Below are positions 1-11,200 of a stretch of 64,000 nt of DNA, piece by piece. The notes beneath the pieces are model-generated. The model made no database searches and was not told where the DNA came from. It saw only the letters and a list, made by a program, of their open reading frames with translations. The stretch is from Iphione sp. A-MEVVRFRX5 (lineage: Eukaryota), in assembly GCA_976226885.1 (NCBI GenBank), contig OZ320314.1:58962001-59026000 (forward strand), written 5' to 3'. How positions within the stretch are numbered: position 1 is the first letter of the stretch; the number at the start of each line of letters is the position of its first letter. The position numbers were made by a program, and so were the translations under genes.

Positions 1-187
1 TGTAATACATATTTCCACGTAACATATACATTTGGTCACTTACAACATACTTTTCTGAAATAGATTTTGGTGTTAATTTCTTTATAGAATTAATTGATTA
101 ATATGCAATGTGTTCCTTAATAGTCATCATCCCTGTTTGTTGAAACACGGCTATTGTAGGTGTCAACATGGGTGTATAGGATTCTGT

Positions 188-262
188 CCCCTATGCACAA
201 AAAGACCCCAGAAACCTATTCGAAATAAGAGTAGGGGGCAACCCTGGGTATTCTGGTCTCTC
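188..262 (+). mobile_element. Possible SINE core fragment (Meta-domain-like)
   Basis: ctatgcacaaaaagaccccagaaacctattcgaaataagagtagggggcaaccctgggtattctgg resembles, from memory, the conserved GCAC..AAAGAACCC..TTCG.AAAGAGTAGGGG..CCC.GG core of metazoan SINEs. No tRNA-derived head was seen. Confidence 0.35.
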
Positions 263-1345
263 AATTCTCAACAATAGATGGTAGTATGCTATCCCAGGAG
301 GATATGGAAGAGCTCTGTTGTGTGATAGAGAATATCTAGTTCCTGGTTAAAGATACAATGAAATGAAATATCCAGACCCGAAGCATATTTCAATGTTCTA
401 TTAAACATTCTCTGCATTTGCCCTATCACTTGCTCATAAGCTAAGGACCAGAGCAAATCCATGTAGTCTATCAAAGGTATAAAAAATACTTTCATCAAAA
501 TACTTAGATGAGATACTAAGTTGACTGCTATACTACCAAAAGGACATAAAATCTGCCGGTATTATTTTTTGCGGGGCTTATACTTGTTTAGCCCCATTAC
601 TGACGTCTGCAGATCAAACCTAGGTCTCCCTCAATTTCTTAAACGAATCACCCATATTATATACTGAACCAATTACCTTGTAAAGGTTAAATATATCAAT
701 GAGTCACCCATATTATGTATTTCTCCCTATATATCATATCTATATAAGAAGAGTAATATATTTTTTACCATGTTTTGTGAACCAATAACCTGTAAGAGCT
801 AAACATACATATAAAACATTCTACTAGAGAATCAAATATACAGACATGTATGTCTATACCAGAAGTGTTTTCTTTTTACGGCTTTACCTAAGAAAAACCA
901 TGGCAAACAGATTAGAGGAGGAGTTCTTGCTCTGTTTAGTAGCGCCCCAATTATAGTAATATTGATGGCTTGGCGACCCATATTCAATTGTAATTGGTAT
1001 AAAAAAAGAGCCATAAAAAGTCTTTAGCGGTCCACTCAAAATATTGCTGTCGTGGGTTTGGATTTTGGAACCATAGATTACAAGCGCCATGGTGAGAGGA
1101 GGACTGCAGTTTGCTTTGACAGAAAAATGAGGTAGTGTAATTCGTACTGTCACGAGTCATCATTCAGTTATGTGTACTGAAACCAGCCCGACACTGAACT
1201 ACTTTATAGCAGCTGATTCATACGTTTTCCTGACTGTAAGCAACGGTCCTATCCAGCTGATGAAAGAGTTCTACGGGTAAGGCTTAGAAATTTTAGACAT
1301 CTCCCAATAAGTCAGCTTTCAATGGCAGAAAGAAAAAGTGCTAAC

Positions 1346-1424
1346 CTTGAAATCTAAATTTCCTCTCTGTTGGTCTTCCTGTTGTAGGTGGACGGCCGGT
1401 CACTTGGCAATACTTTGTCCAAAC
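1346..1424 (-). CDS. DAXX: DAXX exon, histone-binding domain (VWTKYCQVTGRPPTTGRPTERKFRFQG)
   Basis: AG acceptor (cacctcaag|) and GT donor (|gttagc); phases 0 and 1. The peptide aligns to Daxx HBD LFGRLCELKDCSSLTGRVIEQRIPYRG. Confidence 0.85.
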
Positions 1425-1936
1425 CTTGAGGTGCACAACAACATAAAAAATTAAAACAATCACATGACCACCACAACTTATACAATATACGAACCAAGAT
1501 ACCAGTTGGATACGTATGTAAGAACATGAGCAATGTCGATATCTGACTGCTTTTATCCATCCCCGTCTCTTTCTCAGCTTGCCCATTCTGAAGTTCTAGC
1601 ACGTGTACATATGTAGTTTGTTTTAGTTTTATTGTATCTACTGGTTGTTTGTGTTTATTTGCCGTTTAAGACGTCTTTCTTAAATAAGACTGTAACTTGT
1701 ATTCAAAAACTAGTTGGCTTTATTATGTATTTGATTTAATATAGCAGTAGGCTTTCAACCCACCCAGGTCTTCCGCCAGCTTAGATTGTTGTGAATCTTT
1801 CGTGTAGTATTTTTAGATCACTGATATATTTGTGTATGAGGCCTTTTGTCCTGTCTGCCAACCCCAATCATTAAGTTACTCCATTCAGTCTATTAGACAC
1901 AGCTTGTATAATTTGGTTCGCGAAACAGGTTTTTAC

Positions 1937-2050
1937 CTGCACAAATTTCTTCTTGTAAAGGTGCTCTCGGGTATATGCTGTGTCTTCATGTTCCAACTCC
2001 TCCAGTGTCAGCTCTTTTTCCTCTTCTTCATTTATTTTTCTCTTCAACAT
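1937..2050 (-). CDS. DAXX: DAXX exon, histone-binding domain (MLKRKINEEEEKELTLEELEHEDTAYTREHLYKKKFVQ)
   Basis: tttttacag| acceptor and |gtaaaa donor; 114 nt, phase 0/0. Aligns to Daxx ..EIRRLQEKELDLSELDDPDSAYLQEARLKRKLIR. Confidence 0.9.
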
Positions 2051-2441
2051 CTGTAAAAATTATGTGCATAAATTATCCGTTGCGCCAGGACAATGTATGG
2101 AAAGAATCCACAAATGAATGCAGAGGCCATTTTTCAATCAATATATCCTTATAGTGTTTAACTATTCAATCGTACATGTAGCTGTTTAAATCATACTGCA
2201 AAATTCACGAGGATATACATGTATACATATACCTAAATCTATTACAAGGTCTATCTGATTGCCCCGAGATTAAAATCGTCATTTCAAAGTAGCATCAACT
2301 CTACTTAAAAGGTCTCTGGGTCAATCTCAAACATTTTTTCCACTATTTACGAACAGAGACAGTAGTTGACTTCCGACCTTAAAAAGAGTGCAGTACTGAA
2401 CCATTTCTTACACTTAGAGCGATAACAATTTCTTGTTTTAC

Positions 2442-3974
2442 CTCAAGTAGTTTCTCCAATTTCTGTAGCTGTCGTCTTGAACAGTGTCTTGGTGTTGTTT
2501 CCTCTTTACTCTCTTCCTTCTGCTCCTGCGTCTTCCTGTCTTGCTCTTCATCGTTCTCGTCTTCAGACTGACTGAGAGGAATATGCATCCAGTTCTCAGC
2601 CTCTTCCTCTTGTGCATCTGAATGGAAGGCCTCTCTTGAAGTACCAGGAGCTCCAGTTAGGTCAGTATCACCATCAGCTAGGATTGGTTGGTCAGCAACA
2701 TCAATCTCGATAACTGCTCCACTTCTGCTCTGGGACACATCTGAAAAATTGACATGATGCAAAGACTGCGCTGCTTTTTTATGAACACTGTCTAAACGAC
2801 AGGTAATTATTTCTTGTGAAGCTGAAAGGGTTTCAACGTCACCTTGACCCTCTTCCAGTTCTTTGGACAATACCGTGTTATCAATACATGACTTGTTCAC
2901 CATAGGAACAAATGTGTCTCCACTGAGGGCTACCTCATCTGCAAAAGTAAGCTGTTTGTTCTCCGCCATGAATTCCTGGAGAGAAAAGATATCTGGACTG
3001 ATACATTTAGTTCTTGAACTATGCTTCATATATTCAGACTGACATGCAGCACTACCTTCCTCTCCTTGTGATTCACATCTTTGATTGACAGCTTTTCCTT
3101 GTGCTTGCTGCAACCTGCTACCATGTTCTGTGCTTCCACCTGTGGATGTCTCATCAAGCACTTCACTTCTTGATGTCCTCTTCACTAGTTCAGAAGGCCC
3201 AGCCGAGGTCTCCACACTGATGTTATCATGAGGGCGATCTTTTGATTTCGAGTCTTTTTCTTCTGCTCCTTGAATGTTGACAACTTGTCTGCCATGGTCT
3301 TTGGCGCTTTCTGAAACATTTCCAGATCCATTTGCGTCAGTCCTGATACAAGTTGTTTCATCTTGAGCAGGAAGGATTTGCTTAGTATCACCCTCCGTAC
3401 AAGATATGGTGTCTGCCTGCTTGAGGTGAGTTTCTGTCTGCTCTATGATGCTCGGTGACTTCCTAGAAGGCTGGCTATCTGAGGACTCTGTAAAGACATC
3501 AATATTCACGACAGACAACCCTGCTGAAGCGGACGATGCAATATCTTTATTTCCATCTCCTTCCAAGTGACATTTATGCAGTACTGAAGATTCCTCACGT
3601 ACAGGATCTACAGTAGTAGCACTTGAACAACCAGAATGCCTCCTATCCGTTTCCTTGTTTGATTCTGTGCATAGTAAATCTTTGCTCTCAGATCCAATCA
3701 GTTTGGGTCGCTTGCTGTCGGACACACTGCTGTCTGTGTCACTGTGTCGCTTTCGATATTTTGGATCCTTTTGTGATTTTAGAAGTTCCATTAACTTTTT
3801 GAGATGGACATACTTATTCTTCTGGTCAGTCTTGAGTTTGTCCTGTGTTTTGCGGAGGGACTTTCTAAAATCACTGGATGTGAGATATGAGATATCTGTT
3901 CGCCTAAAGTACTTCTTGAACAAGTTGATCACGTCAGCATCGTTGTCAGTAACTTCACGACATACCGAGAGAAA
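2442..3974 (-). CDS. DAXX: DAXX large exon: helical bundle + long acidic/Ser-rich linker + start of histone-binding domain
   Basis: cactttcag| acceptor and CTTGAG|gtaaaa donor; 1533 nt, phase 0/0. The N-terminus FLSVCREV..DVINLF..YLTSSDFRKSL..KYVHLKKLMELLK matches the Daxx helical bundle. The C-terminus SRRQLQKLEKLLE matches Daxx SRRQIQRLEQLL. Confidence 0.88.
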
Positions 3975-4021
3975 CTGAAAGTGCAAGTGATGAACAAGAG
4001 ATCAGCTTTTATTAAAGTAAT

Positions 4022-4528
4022 CAACCAGTGAAATATGATCTTGATTTTATAATACTGTTGTCTGAGATATGTCACATTGGCCAATTACCCAGGCAGGTGC
4101 TTAAAGCAAAACAGCAAGAGGATGTGAAAGAAAGAATCAGAGCCTATAGCTAAAGAAGGGGAGGGAGAGGAGGGCAGATAGATAACATTGTACAACAGTA
4201 TTATAAAGTCCAGATCATATTTTACTGGTAAGATTATATCATTAACTTATTTTACTTCTACTGCTGTACACTAGGTGTTCCTCTGAGACTTCAAAGCCAT
4301 GAGGGTCTTATGAGAAACAGCATCCTCTTGCTGAATATCTTGTAAATAGAACAACTTGGAGGTTTTAGCATGACTTGGCATGCCCCTCTGCATGATTTAT
4401 GACAAAGGCATTCCCATTTTAAGATAACTTTGAGGCAGAAACTGATCTAATGGAATGTACAGAAAATTTCCGAGTATTAATGCCTGGCACAACGATAACC
4501 ACTAAAGTGCATCTTGCTATGGTCGAAG
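4022..4528 (-). mobile_element. DIRS1-type retrotransposon 3' relic: tyrosine recombinase C-terminus + ICR + right terminal repeat
   Basis: The minus strand encodes (one frameshift, stops) STIARC..GINTRKFSVHSIRSVSAS..IMQRG..KTSKLFY, the YR HxxR..Y region. 4024-4060 is an inverted repeat of 4193-4229. Shares ccagtgaaatatgatcttga and ttgaagtctcagagg with the element at 6395-9902. Confidence 0.8.
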
Positions 4529-4530
4529 TA

Positions 4531-5606
4531 CAGTTGACCCTCCCCCTGCAGACACATCTACAATGCAGATGTGTCTGAAATGTGGATGATTTAGAAAAGA
4601 ACTAATTTCATTTCTATACATGACCAATATAACAATATGTCTTTAATCAAAACACCCATTTTAGAAAGCGTGGATGTGGATGAAAAGAACTAATTTCATT
4701 TCTATACATGACCAATATAACAATATATCTCTATTCAGGACACGCATTTTAGAGGAGCATCTCCCTCCGGACAAGGTGTTGTTACATGAATTTGCGTTCA
4801 CAGGCAGGCTTTAAAAGTACTTTTAATAGGTTGACCGCAATATCCCCCTCCAGACACCATGTTGTCACAGTGATTTCAGGTCTCAGAAGTCTTGTGACTG
4901 CCACAGGTGTTATTATTAGTACAGTACACTCTCCCCATTCCGGACACCCTCGGTTCTGCTCCAAATCGTCCGCATTTCAGAAGTGTCCTAATTATAGAAC
5001 ACTTAGTAGTATATGAGATGTGTAGACATTATTTTTTAATTCAATGAGGAAAGGTCGTAAAAGTGCTTAATTTGATGAGTAAGAGTCCTAAAAGTACTGA
5101 ATTTGACGAGTAAGGGTCCTAAAAGTACTGAATTTGAAGAGTAAGGTCCTAAAAGTACTGAATTTGACGAGTAAGGGTCCTAAAAGTACTGATTTCAAGG
5201 TGAGAGAGACATCAGAGAGGTTGCCATTGATGCCCATGGTCTCCCCCAACCACTCTTTTAATTGTTCATAGAGGTGTGATGTACATCAGAGAGGTTGTCA
5301 TTGATGCCCCCAGCAGGTTTAGACCACAAATTGGGGGGATTAGACCACAAATAGATTGATTTAGACTGATTTCAAGGTGTGAATTTGCATTTCAAGGTGT
5401 GAATTCGCACAAAAACATGTACAGAGGCATCAAACACTACCCTTTGAGGGTGTCCATAGGGAGACGCTCTAAAAAATTAACTGTTTCTGATTAGAGACAT
5501 CCCCTTATAATGGTTAACTGCAGGAAACATTTCTGTTCTGCTTCAAATCGTCCGCATTGGAGACGTATCTGCTTCCGAGACGTGTCCGCAGGGAGGAAGT
5601 ATACTG
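4531..5606. mobile_element. Tc1/mariner-pogo-type MITE (CAGT...ACTG, TA TSD) with nested repeats
   Basis: TA|CAGT at 4529-4534 and ACTG|TA at 5603-5608. Degenerate TIRs of ~70 bp (4531-4605 vs rc of 5530-5606). Internal ~88-bp tandem duplication (4598-4760) and a second left-end-like sequence at ~4920. Confidence 0.6.
5040..5195 (+). repeat. 31-bp tandem repeat, ~5 copies (aatttgacgagtaagggtcctaaaagtactg)
   Basis: Units read directly from the sequence. Confidence 0.9.
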
Positions 5607-5607
5607 T

Positions 5608-5815
5608 AAGCACTTTTAGGACTCATCAATTCTGCACTTGTTTTGGACTTGTACAGAAAATTCTGCACTTTTTGGATTTTAACTCATCAAATTCTGCATT
5701 TTTTTGACTTTGGCTCATCAAATTCAGCACTTTTAGGACTTTTCCTCAACTAATTTGACACTTTTAGGGCTTTTACTATCAAATTAATCATTTTTAGGAC
5801 TTACTCATTAAATTT
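5608..5815 (-). repeat. Inverted, degenerate array of the same 31-bp unit (~6-7 copies)
   Basis: aaattcagcacttttaggact-type units equal the reverse complement of the 5040-5195 unit. Confidence 0.75.
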
Positions 5816-6173
5816 GCTCATACTACTCATAGACCAGTTTAGCGAGACACTTTGCATATCCTACTATTACTAACAGATCTATAATGTGAATGCTCCTGAG
5901 ATCAGGATAGTTTGGGGAACAACAGTGGGTGCCCGGATTTTTGAGAGTTTACTGTAATTAGAGCTAAGGTTTATTACAAAGAAGGACGTCTTTTAGAAAG
6001 ACTCCCTTCGTCAATGGGAAAAATACACTTAACCAGTGCAAAACTTTTTGCTAAACGTATATGTCAGGAATACTTGGCTACCAGTAACCTTTGGAATCGT
6101 GCTAAGGACGAAATACTCTGGAAAACTTCAAATACTAGAGTATAATGATCGGTTTATATGACTACCCTCTTAC

Positions 6174-6203
6174 TTTATTTCTTTCCTCCTTTGCCTCTTC
6201 CAT
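6174..6203 (-). CDS. DAXX: Putative DAXX first coding exon (MEEAKEERNK); exon 6174-6232 including UTR
   Basis: ttttattgcag| acceptor at 6233, ATG at 6203, AAA|gtaaga donor. Phase 0 matches the next exon. There is no strong protein similarity to confirm it. Confidence 0.5.
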
Positions 6204-6611
6204 GTTCAATGTCCACGTAAACTCAACATCACCTGCAATAAAAAACCACATTCCAAACTAAATAATGCTGTTAAAATGCGATGATTGTATCTTGGTGACC
6301 ATCAGTGCCTCTATGAGAAGACAGAATATCATGATGCCCTGGTTTAAACACCAAAACCAAATTTGTAAAAATATTAGTTTTTCCTCTAAAGATCAGTAGA
6401 TTATATGAGCTCACCAGTGAAATATGATCTTGACTTTAGGACATTGCTCCGCACAGGTGTACATCTGAGATAGTATCACACGACCTCACACTCAAGCATA
6501 GCCAGTCATTCAAAGGAGACTTCAGCAATAAGATCCAAATGGAAGAAACAGAGCAGAATGGAATACCACCAACAACAAGTACATCATACCCACCAGGGAG
6601 GGAGAGGTGGG

Positions 6612-6706
6612 CAGATGTACAACTGTGTGGAGCAATGTCCTAAAGTCAAGATCATATGATCTACTAACTTTAGTTCCATTGCTCCACACCAGGTGTCCCT
6701 CTGAGA
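6612..6706. repeat. DIRS internal complementary region (ICR)
   Basis: rc of 6612-6657 matches 6422-6467 at 44/46; rc of 6667-6706 matches 9860-9899 at 39/40. Confidence 0.92.
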
Positions 6707-6717
6707 CTTCAAAACCA

Positions 6718-7911
6718 TACCCATACCCAGCTCATATGGCAACCATCTACCTCCAATCCTAACCTCATCCATATGAGCTCCCCACCCAAATTCTGAAGCA
6801 TCAGTGTACAAAATGTGGGTAAACTCAGATGGTAGGAAAGACCTAGAAACTAAAGGCAAATTCTCCTGCCACCACAAGAGATCTGACCTGGCGGCGTCAG
6901 TCAAAGACATAGTACCCTGATAATTCTGAGGACAATTAAGTGGACCAGCCTGAAGCAGAGACCACTCCTTATTGGACCCCAACCTCCTGAAATGTTTCTT
7001 CCCATAAGAAGGAGCTCTAGAAAGGTCCATAATTTTTCCCAGGACAGAAGCCATATTGCAGATAGTATGCACCTCAGCAGCCAACACAGACTGAATGTGA
7101 TCCAACACTTTGGCGACTCTTGACTGAGTAGGGTAAACAGTCATAGAAATTGAGTGCACCATGTATCCCCAAAACACAACTTTTTGGGCAGGCTTCAAAG
7201 AAGACTTCTCATAATTAATGAAAAACCCCACAGACTTGAGTAGGAAAATAGTTTTACCAACAAAGAGAGAGCACTCTTCTCTAGTCCTGCCAATAACCAA
7301 ACCATCATCAACACAGGAAGCAATAACAACTCTCTCCTGTCTGAGGTGAGCTAGTGGAGGATCCTTAGTAAATATCCAGGGTGCTGATGACAACCCAAAA
7401 GGCAATACATCATACTGGAAAACCTGGCCCTGCCACTCAAAACAAAGGTACTTCCTATGCCGAACCCAAACAGGCAATGTGTGATAAGCATTCTTAAGAT
7501 CAATGGATGCCATAAAACACCCAGGAGACACCAAAGGTAAGACAGACTCCAGGGTCTCCATCTTAAAATGCTTATACTCAATAACCTGATTGAGCTTGGA
7601 CAGATCCAGGATCATCCTGAAAGAGCCATTAGGCTTAGGCCTGGGGAAAATGTTACAGAAAAAAGCCCCCTGAGGGGCTGAATGCACAACAGAAATAGAT
7701 TTAACAGCCAGGAGATTAGACAGCTCCTGATCCACAAAAGAAATTTCCTCCTGAGAAAAGTTAATTAGCCTAGGCCTGAAAACCTGAAAAGGCTCCTCAA
7801 TTAATTCCAGACAATAACCAGAAACAGCCTGCAAAACCTCATCAGATGTGAGAGCTGCCTATTGCTTCCTAAAATGCACCAAACGCCCAGCCACAATACT
7901 CACTTCCTCAC
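6718..7911 (-). pseudogene. DIRS family A pol (RT + truncated RNase H)
   Basis: VAGRLVHF..*(W to stop)..GSFRMILDL..IDLKNAYH..VLPFGLSSAPWIFTK..SCVDD (degenerate YLDD)..LYTDASEFGWGAH. Truncated after GGRW. Confidence 0.92.
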
Positions 7912-9325
7912 CTGAGGAATCTGCTGCTGCTGGTGTTGCTGCTTCTGGCTGGGCTGCTGTAGCTAAGGCTGAGGCTGATAACCTATTGGTATCAACTGTT
8001 GAGCAGGATATTGTAACTGTACCTGAAACTGTTGCCTCTGGAAAAACAGGCACCTGCCCCTGTTCCTGCCTTGCCCCTTGCCCCTGCCTCTGCCAAGAAA
8101 CTTCTGAGACTGAGGCTGGGACGGAGACATTGGCCTTCATTCTAGCAAGCAACCGGGTATTCTGCTCAACAACCTTAGCATTGTCCATAAGGTTATTCCT
8201 GTACAGCCACTTCGCCAACGGAGGACAATCATCAGAGACAAGCTTCCTAAGGGTAGGAGAAAGGGCAGGCCTAACCTCCTCCCTCTTGACCCTAATCAGT
8301 GACTGTATAGCTACACCAGAGAGAATAAATGCATCTGAGAGGACCCTAAACAGATCAGACAACCAAGGAGCCTCTTTAGCCTCTGCCTTAGGATTGACCA
8401 TCTCAATAGCCCTAGGACAAGCCATGTGCAAAGAAAGCAAGTCCAACTGAACTTTCTGAAGAGACTTCTCTCTGTCCTTCCTATCCTTGGCCAAAGCATT
8501 CCATAACACCTCATTAAGGTGATACAGGCCGAACCACTCATTATAACAAGGCCTCAAATGCCTTTTCCTCACTGTGGTTACCAACTCTGGCTGCAGAGAG
8601 AGTGGCAAAGTCAGAAACCACATCATCTAGAGGAAACCCCAACTTCTCCTCTGCACTCATCTGAGCCATAGCTGCTCGTAATGATTCCGGATCTGGTTCT
8701 GGCTGAGGAAGATTCTCCCCACTAGGAGGCGCCTCCTCCGGACCACCCACAGAGTCCTCCTCATAGACTGCCTCTTGGGCATCCATCAACATATCAAACC
8801 CTGCTGCTAAGTTCTCTCCCAGGGACATGAACCCCTGTCTGGCCGCATCCTGGTTCTCATCGATGTCCCCAGATGCCATTGTCAACCTCTGGCCCATCAC
8901 AGCCTGGCTTGAAGTAAATGCTCTACACATTTCCTTTAAAGTTGACAACAACACAGCACTGTCACTTTCCCCATTCTCCAAAGGGGCTTTCCCAACAGCC
9001 TCCGCACATGGGGTGGATTTTTAAGGGGCACCGGGGCACAGACCCCATCCAATCCAACAACAGGAGGAGGAGGAGTGACCTGGTAGTCAGCCAACAAAGC
9101 ACCCCCAACTGAAGGGACAACAGCACTGCTGCCTAAGGTTGACACGACTGAGCATGCTGAATCAGTTGGCACAGCAGACTCACCAGCCCACCGACACTTG
9201 GCCACTTCTGCAGGGACTGAATTGTCCACCTGCTTGTGTTTCCAGCCCTTGGAAGAGGTGCGTTTCCTGTCACCTTTGTCAATATCTTTGACAACGCCAG
9301 AAAGGCAGAACTCTTGGGTTGACAT
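7898..9325 (-). pseudogene. DIRS family A gag-like ORF1, frameshifted
   Basis: ATG at 9325; ORF-track pieces 8936-9367, 8541-8981 and 7859-8626. Contains the LWNAL..DREKSLQKVQ motif. The GRGRG-rich tail FLGRGRGKGQGRNRGR lies in a shifted frame after ~8125. Confidence 0.75.
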
Positions 9326-10006
9326 AGTACAGGGCAAACCGACAGGCTGCCCTACTGTGTTGCCCACTTTGATCGACTAAAATGGTGACAACACAACGCA
9401 CGCCAATCCGAAATCTTGACGACCCCAATAGTTCTAAATTTACCTCAAAATAACAGAGAACAAATGGCTTCTAGACTGCCACTGGTAGCATTCAACAACA
9501 ACAAATGTAACGATACAACGTACACCAGGTCGAATCAAACACTGTGATTGACTAAAATGCCAAAGACACAATGCACAAAGTCAAAACCACGACAACAATG
9601 AAAGTTCTCAAAAATGGCGACGACGCAACATACACCAGGTCAAACCAAATATCACTGCCTCTACGTGTCTACAGTGCTACTAGTAAATCCCCAGGGGAAA
9701 TACAATGCAAAAGACACATATACTAACCAAAACCAATCAATAAAATACCAAAAATCTATGAAAAATCGAAGACAACACTCCTCAGAATGACAAGCGTGTA
9801 GCCGGGTCAATGACTTTGAAATGACTGTCTATGCTTGTGTGTGAGATCACGTGATACTATCTCAGAGGGACACCTAGTGTGGAGCAATGGAACTAAAGTA
9901 GTTGTTGGAAGTAGAATAATGTCGCCAAAGAGTGCTCATTCAACATAAAAACAAGCTATAATTGTGCTCTGTGCAACAGTGTTGTTTTAGGTGTGTTTCT
10001 GATCAC

Positions 10007-10313
10007 GACCAGCCCAAACCCTAGGTAGCGTGGGGGTATTTCTTTTAAAAAATTGTTTCCTTCACTTTCTTTCTCTGGTATTCAATAATAATAAAGACAA
10101 TATGAAGAATTGTGACCAATTTGCATGGGTTTCACAGTTTTTTTCTGACTTTCCATGGATTTTGTTGTTTTTATACTGAATTTACCAAAACGTGCTGTGA
10201 AAACATGTATCTAAGGAAACTAAGCATTGGAAACTCTTTGGGGCCAAAAAAATTTCAGGTAGGGTGAGGTTTTACTAGGTAGGGGTGGGTGACCAGAAAC
10301 AAACCTATTTTTG
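10007..10313 (+). mobile_element. End-truncated copy of the MITE at 16814-17180
   Basis: Colinear similarity across ~300 bp (ctaggtag..gaatttaccaaaa..tatctaaggaaa..ggggccaaa..ttcaggtagggtgag..ttactaggtagggg..accagaaac). Confidence 0.8.
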
Positions 10314-11019
10314 TTTTGCAAATAAAATATATTGGAGCTAAATATTGACCAATTTATCAGTATTTACTCTTGAATACTAGAAAGATTTTAAGTAATCCCC
10401 CCAAAGGTCAATCAAACTGGTCATGACCCAATCCAAGTATACCAATAGCAAAGTCCACAATTGATTGATTTTAAAATGATCATAAAAATATGTATCTAAG
10501 GACACTTATAACCACAGACTGCTTGCAGGGGCCAACAAAAAAGTTACAACTTTTGTAACTAGATATATATGTACACATGTAACATAATTATTTTTTGCAT
10601 AAATTACTCTGTATCATGCTGTTATTGAGTGTCTTTTATGGTGTGTATGCAGATATATGACGATTTTTTATGTATCAAAAAAAAACCCTCAAGAGTGTGG
10701 ACCTGCAAGGTCTACTGTCCCCCACCTAAGTGGTCATTTCATGCTTGATTGTACTTCCCTTGGTCAGGTTGCTACAAGGTGGTGCTGGTAGGAGGGATGC
10801 ATTGGTGAGTGTGTGTTCATGTGTAGGACTGCATTGTTAGATTTAGAAATCACTAAACAAGGTACATATAATATTTGTTTGTGGTTGTGGTAGCAAAAAG
10901 AGTACATAATTTCACCTTTAGAATAATTGAATAACTACCAAAATTACCCAGTGTCATGGGCTCACATATATAAATACCATATATCAAAATCAGTTTATTG
11001 ACTGAAGAGTTTTAGAGTT

Positions 11020-11200
11020 ACAAGACCCACAAGAGTGTGACAGAAGGCTGAACAGTTGAACAGCAGCATTCCTAAGGTCCCCCCTCTCTATGAGGTAGAG
11101 GAAAATAAGTTGCATAACATGTTGCTGCTTGTGAGCATTTTTTCTGAATAAGATGGTGATGGTTAAAGGTCCATTACCAGTTCTTCCACTTAAATACAGC
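11020..11200 (-). mobile_element. Possible decayed L1/Tx1 ORF2 fragment; paralogous piece at 12690-12780
   Basis: FKW..LPHREGG resembles the FxW..LPxxxGGLG motif. The two segments share aagacccacaagagt..cagcagcatt.ctaa.gtccc..tatgaggt. Confidence 0.35.

Larger units (their letters stand above)
6395..9902 (-). mobile_element. DIRS1-type YR retrotransposon (family A), internally deleted, with complete ends
   Basis: Carries gag-like ORF1 and RT-RNase H. ITRs at 6466-6515 and 9814-9865. ICR 6612-6706 is complementary to both termini. MT and YR are lost at a junction near 6718. Confidence 0.92.

Noticed and set aside
240-342. Acceptor at 343-344 followed in the correct phase by GTRY, the expected next DAXX residues
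   Set aside because: After GTRYS the peptide (LSHNRALPYPPG..) does not follow the Daxx HBD, there is no nearby donor, and it runs into a SINE-like segment. It may be a partial pseudo-exon; the real exon is probably outside the window.
3655-3978. 107-aa plus-strand ORF
   Set aside because: Antisense shadow of the DAXX exon.
5040-5195. CRISPR-like array
   Set aside because: Contiguous tandem units without unique spacers, in a eukaryotic context with no cas genes.
7848-8450. 200-aa plus-strand ORF
   Set aside because: Antisense to DIRS gag/pol, with no independent motifs.
7859-8626. Apparent natural in-frame gag-pol fusion in DIRS family A
   Set aside because: Caused by a frameshift near 8125. 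The true GRGRG-rich gag tail lies in another frame, restoring the usual -1 gag/pol relationship.
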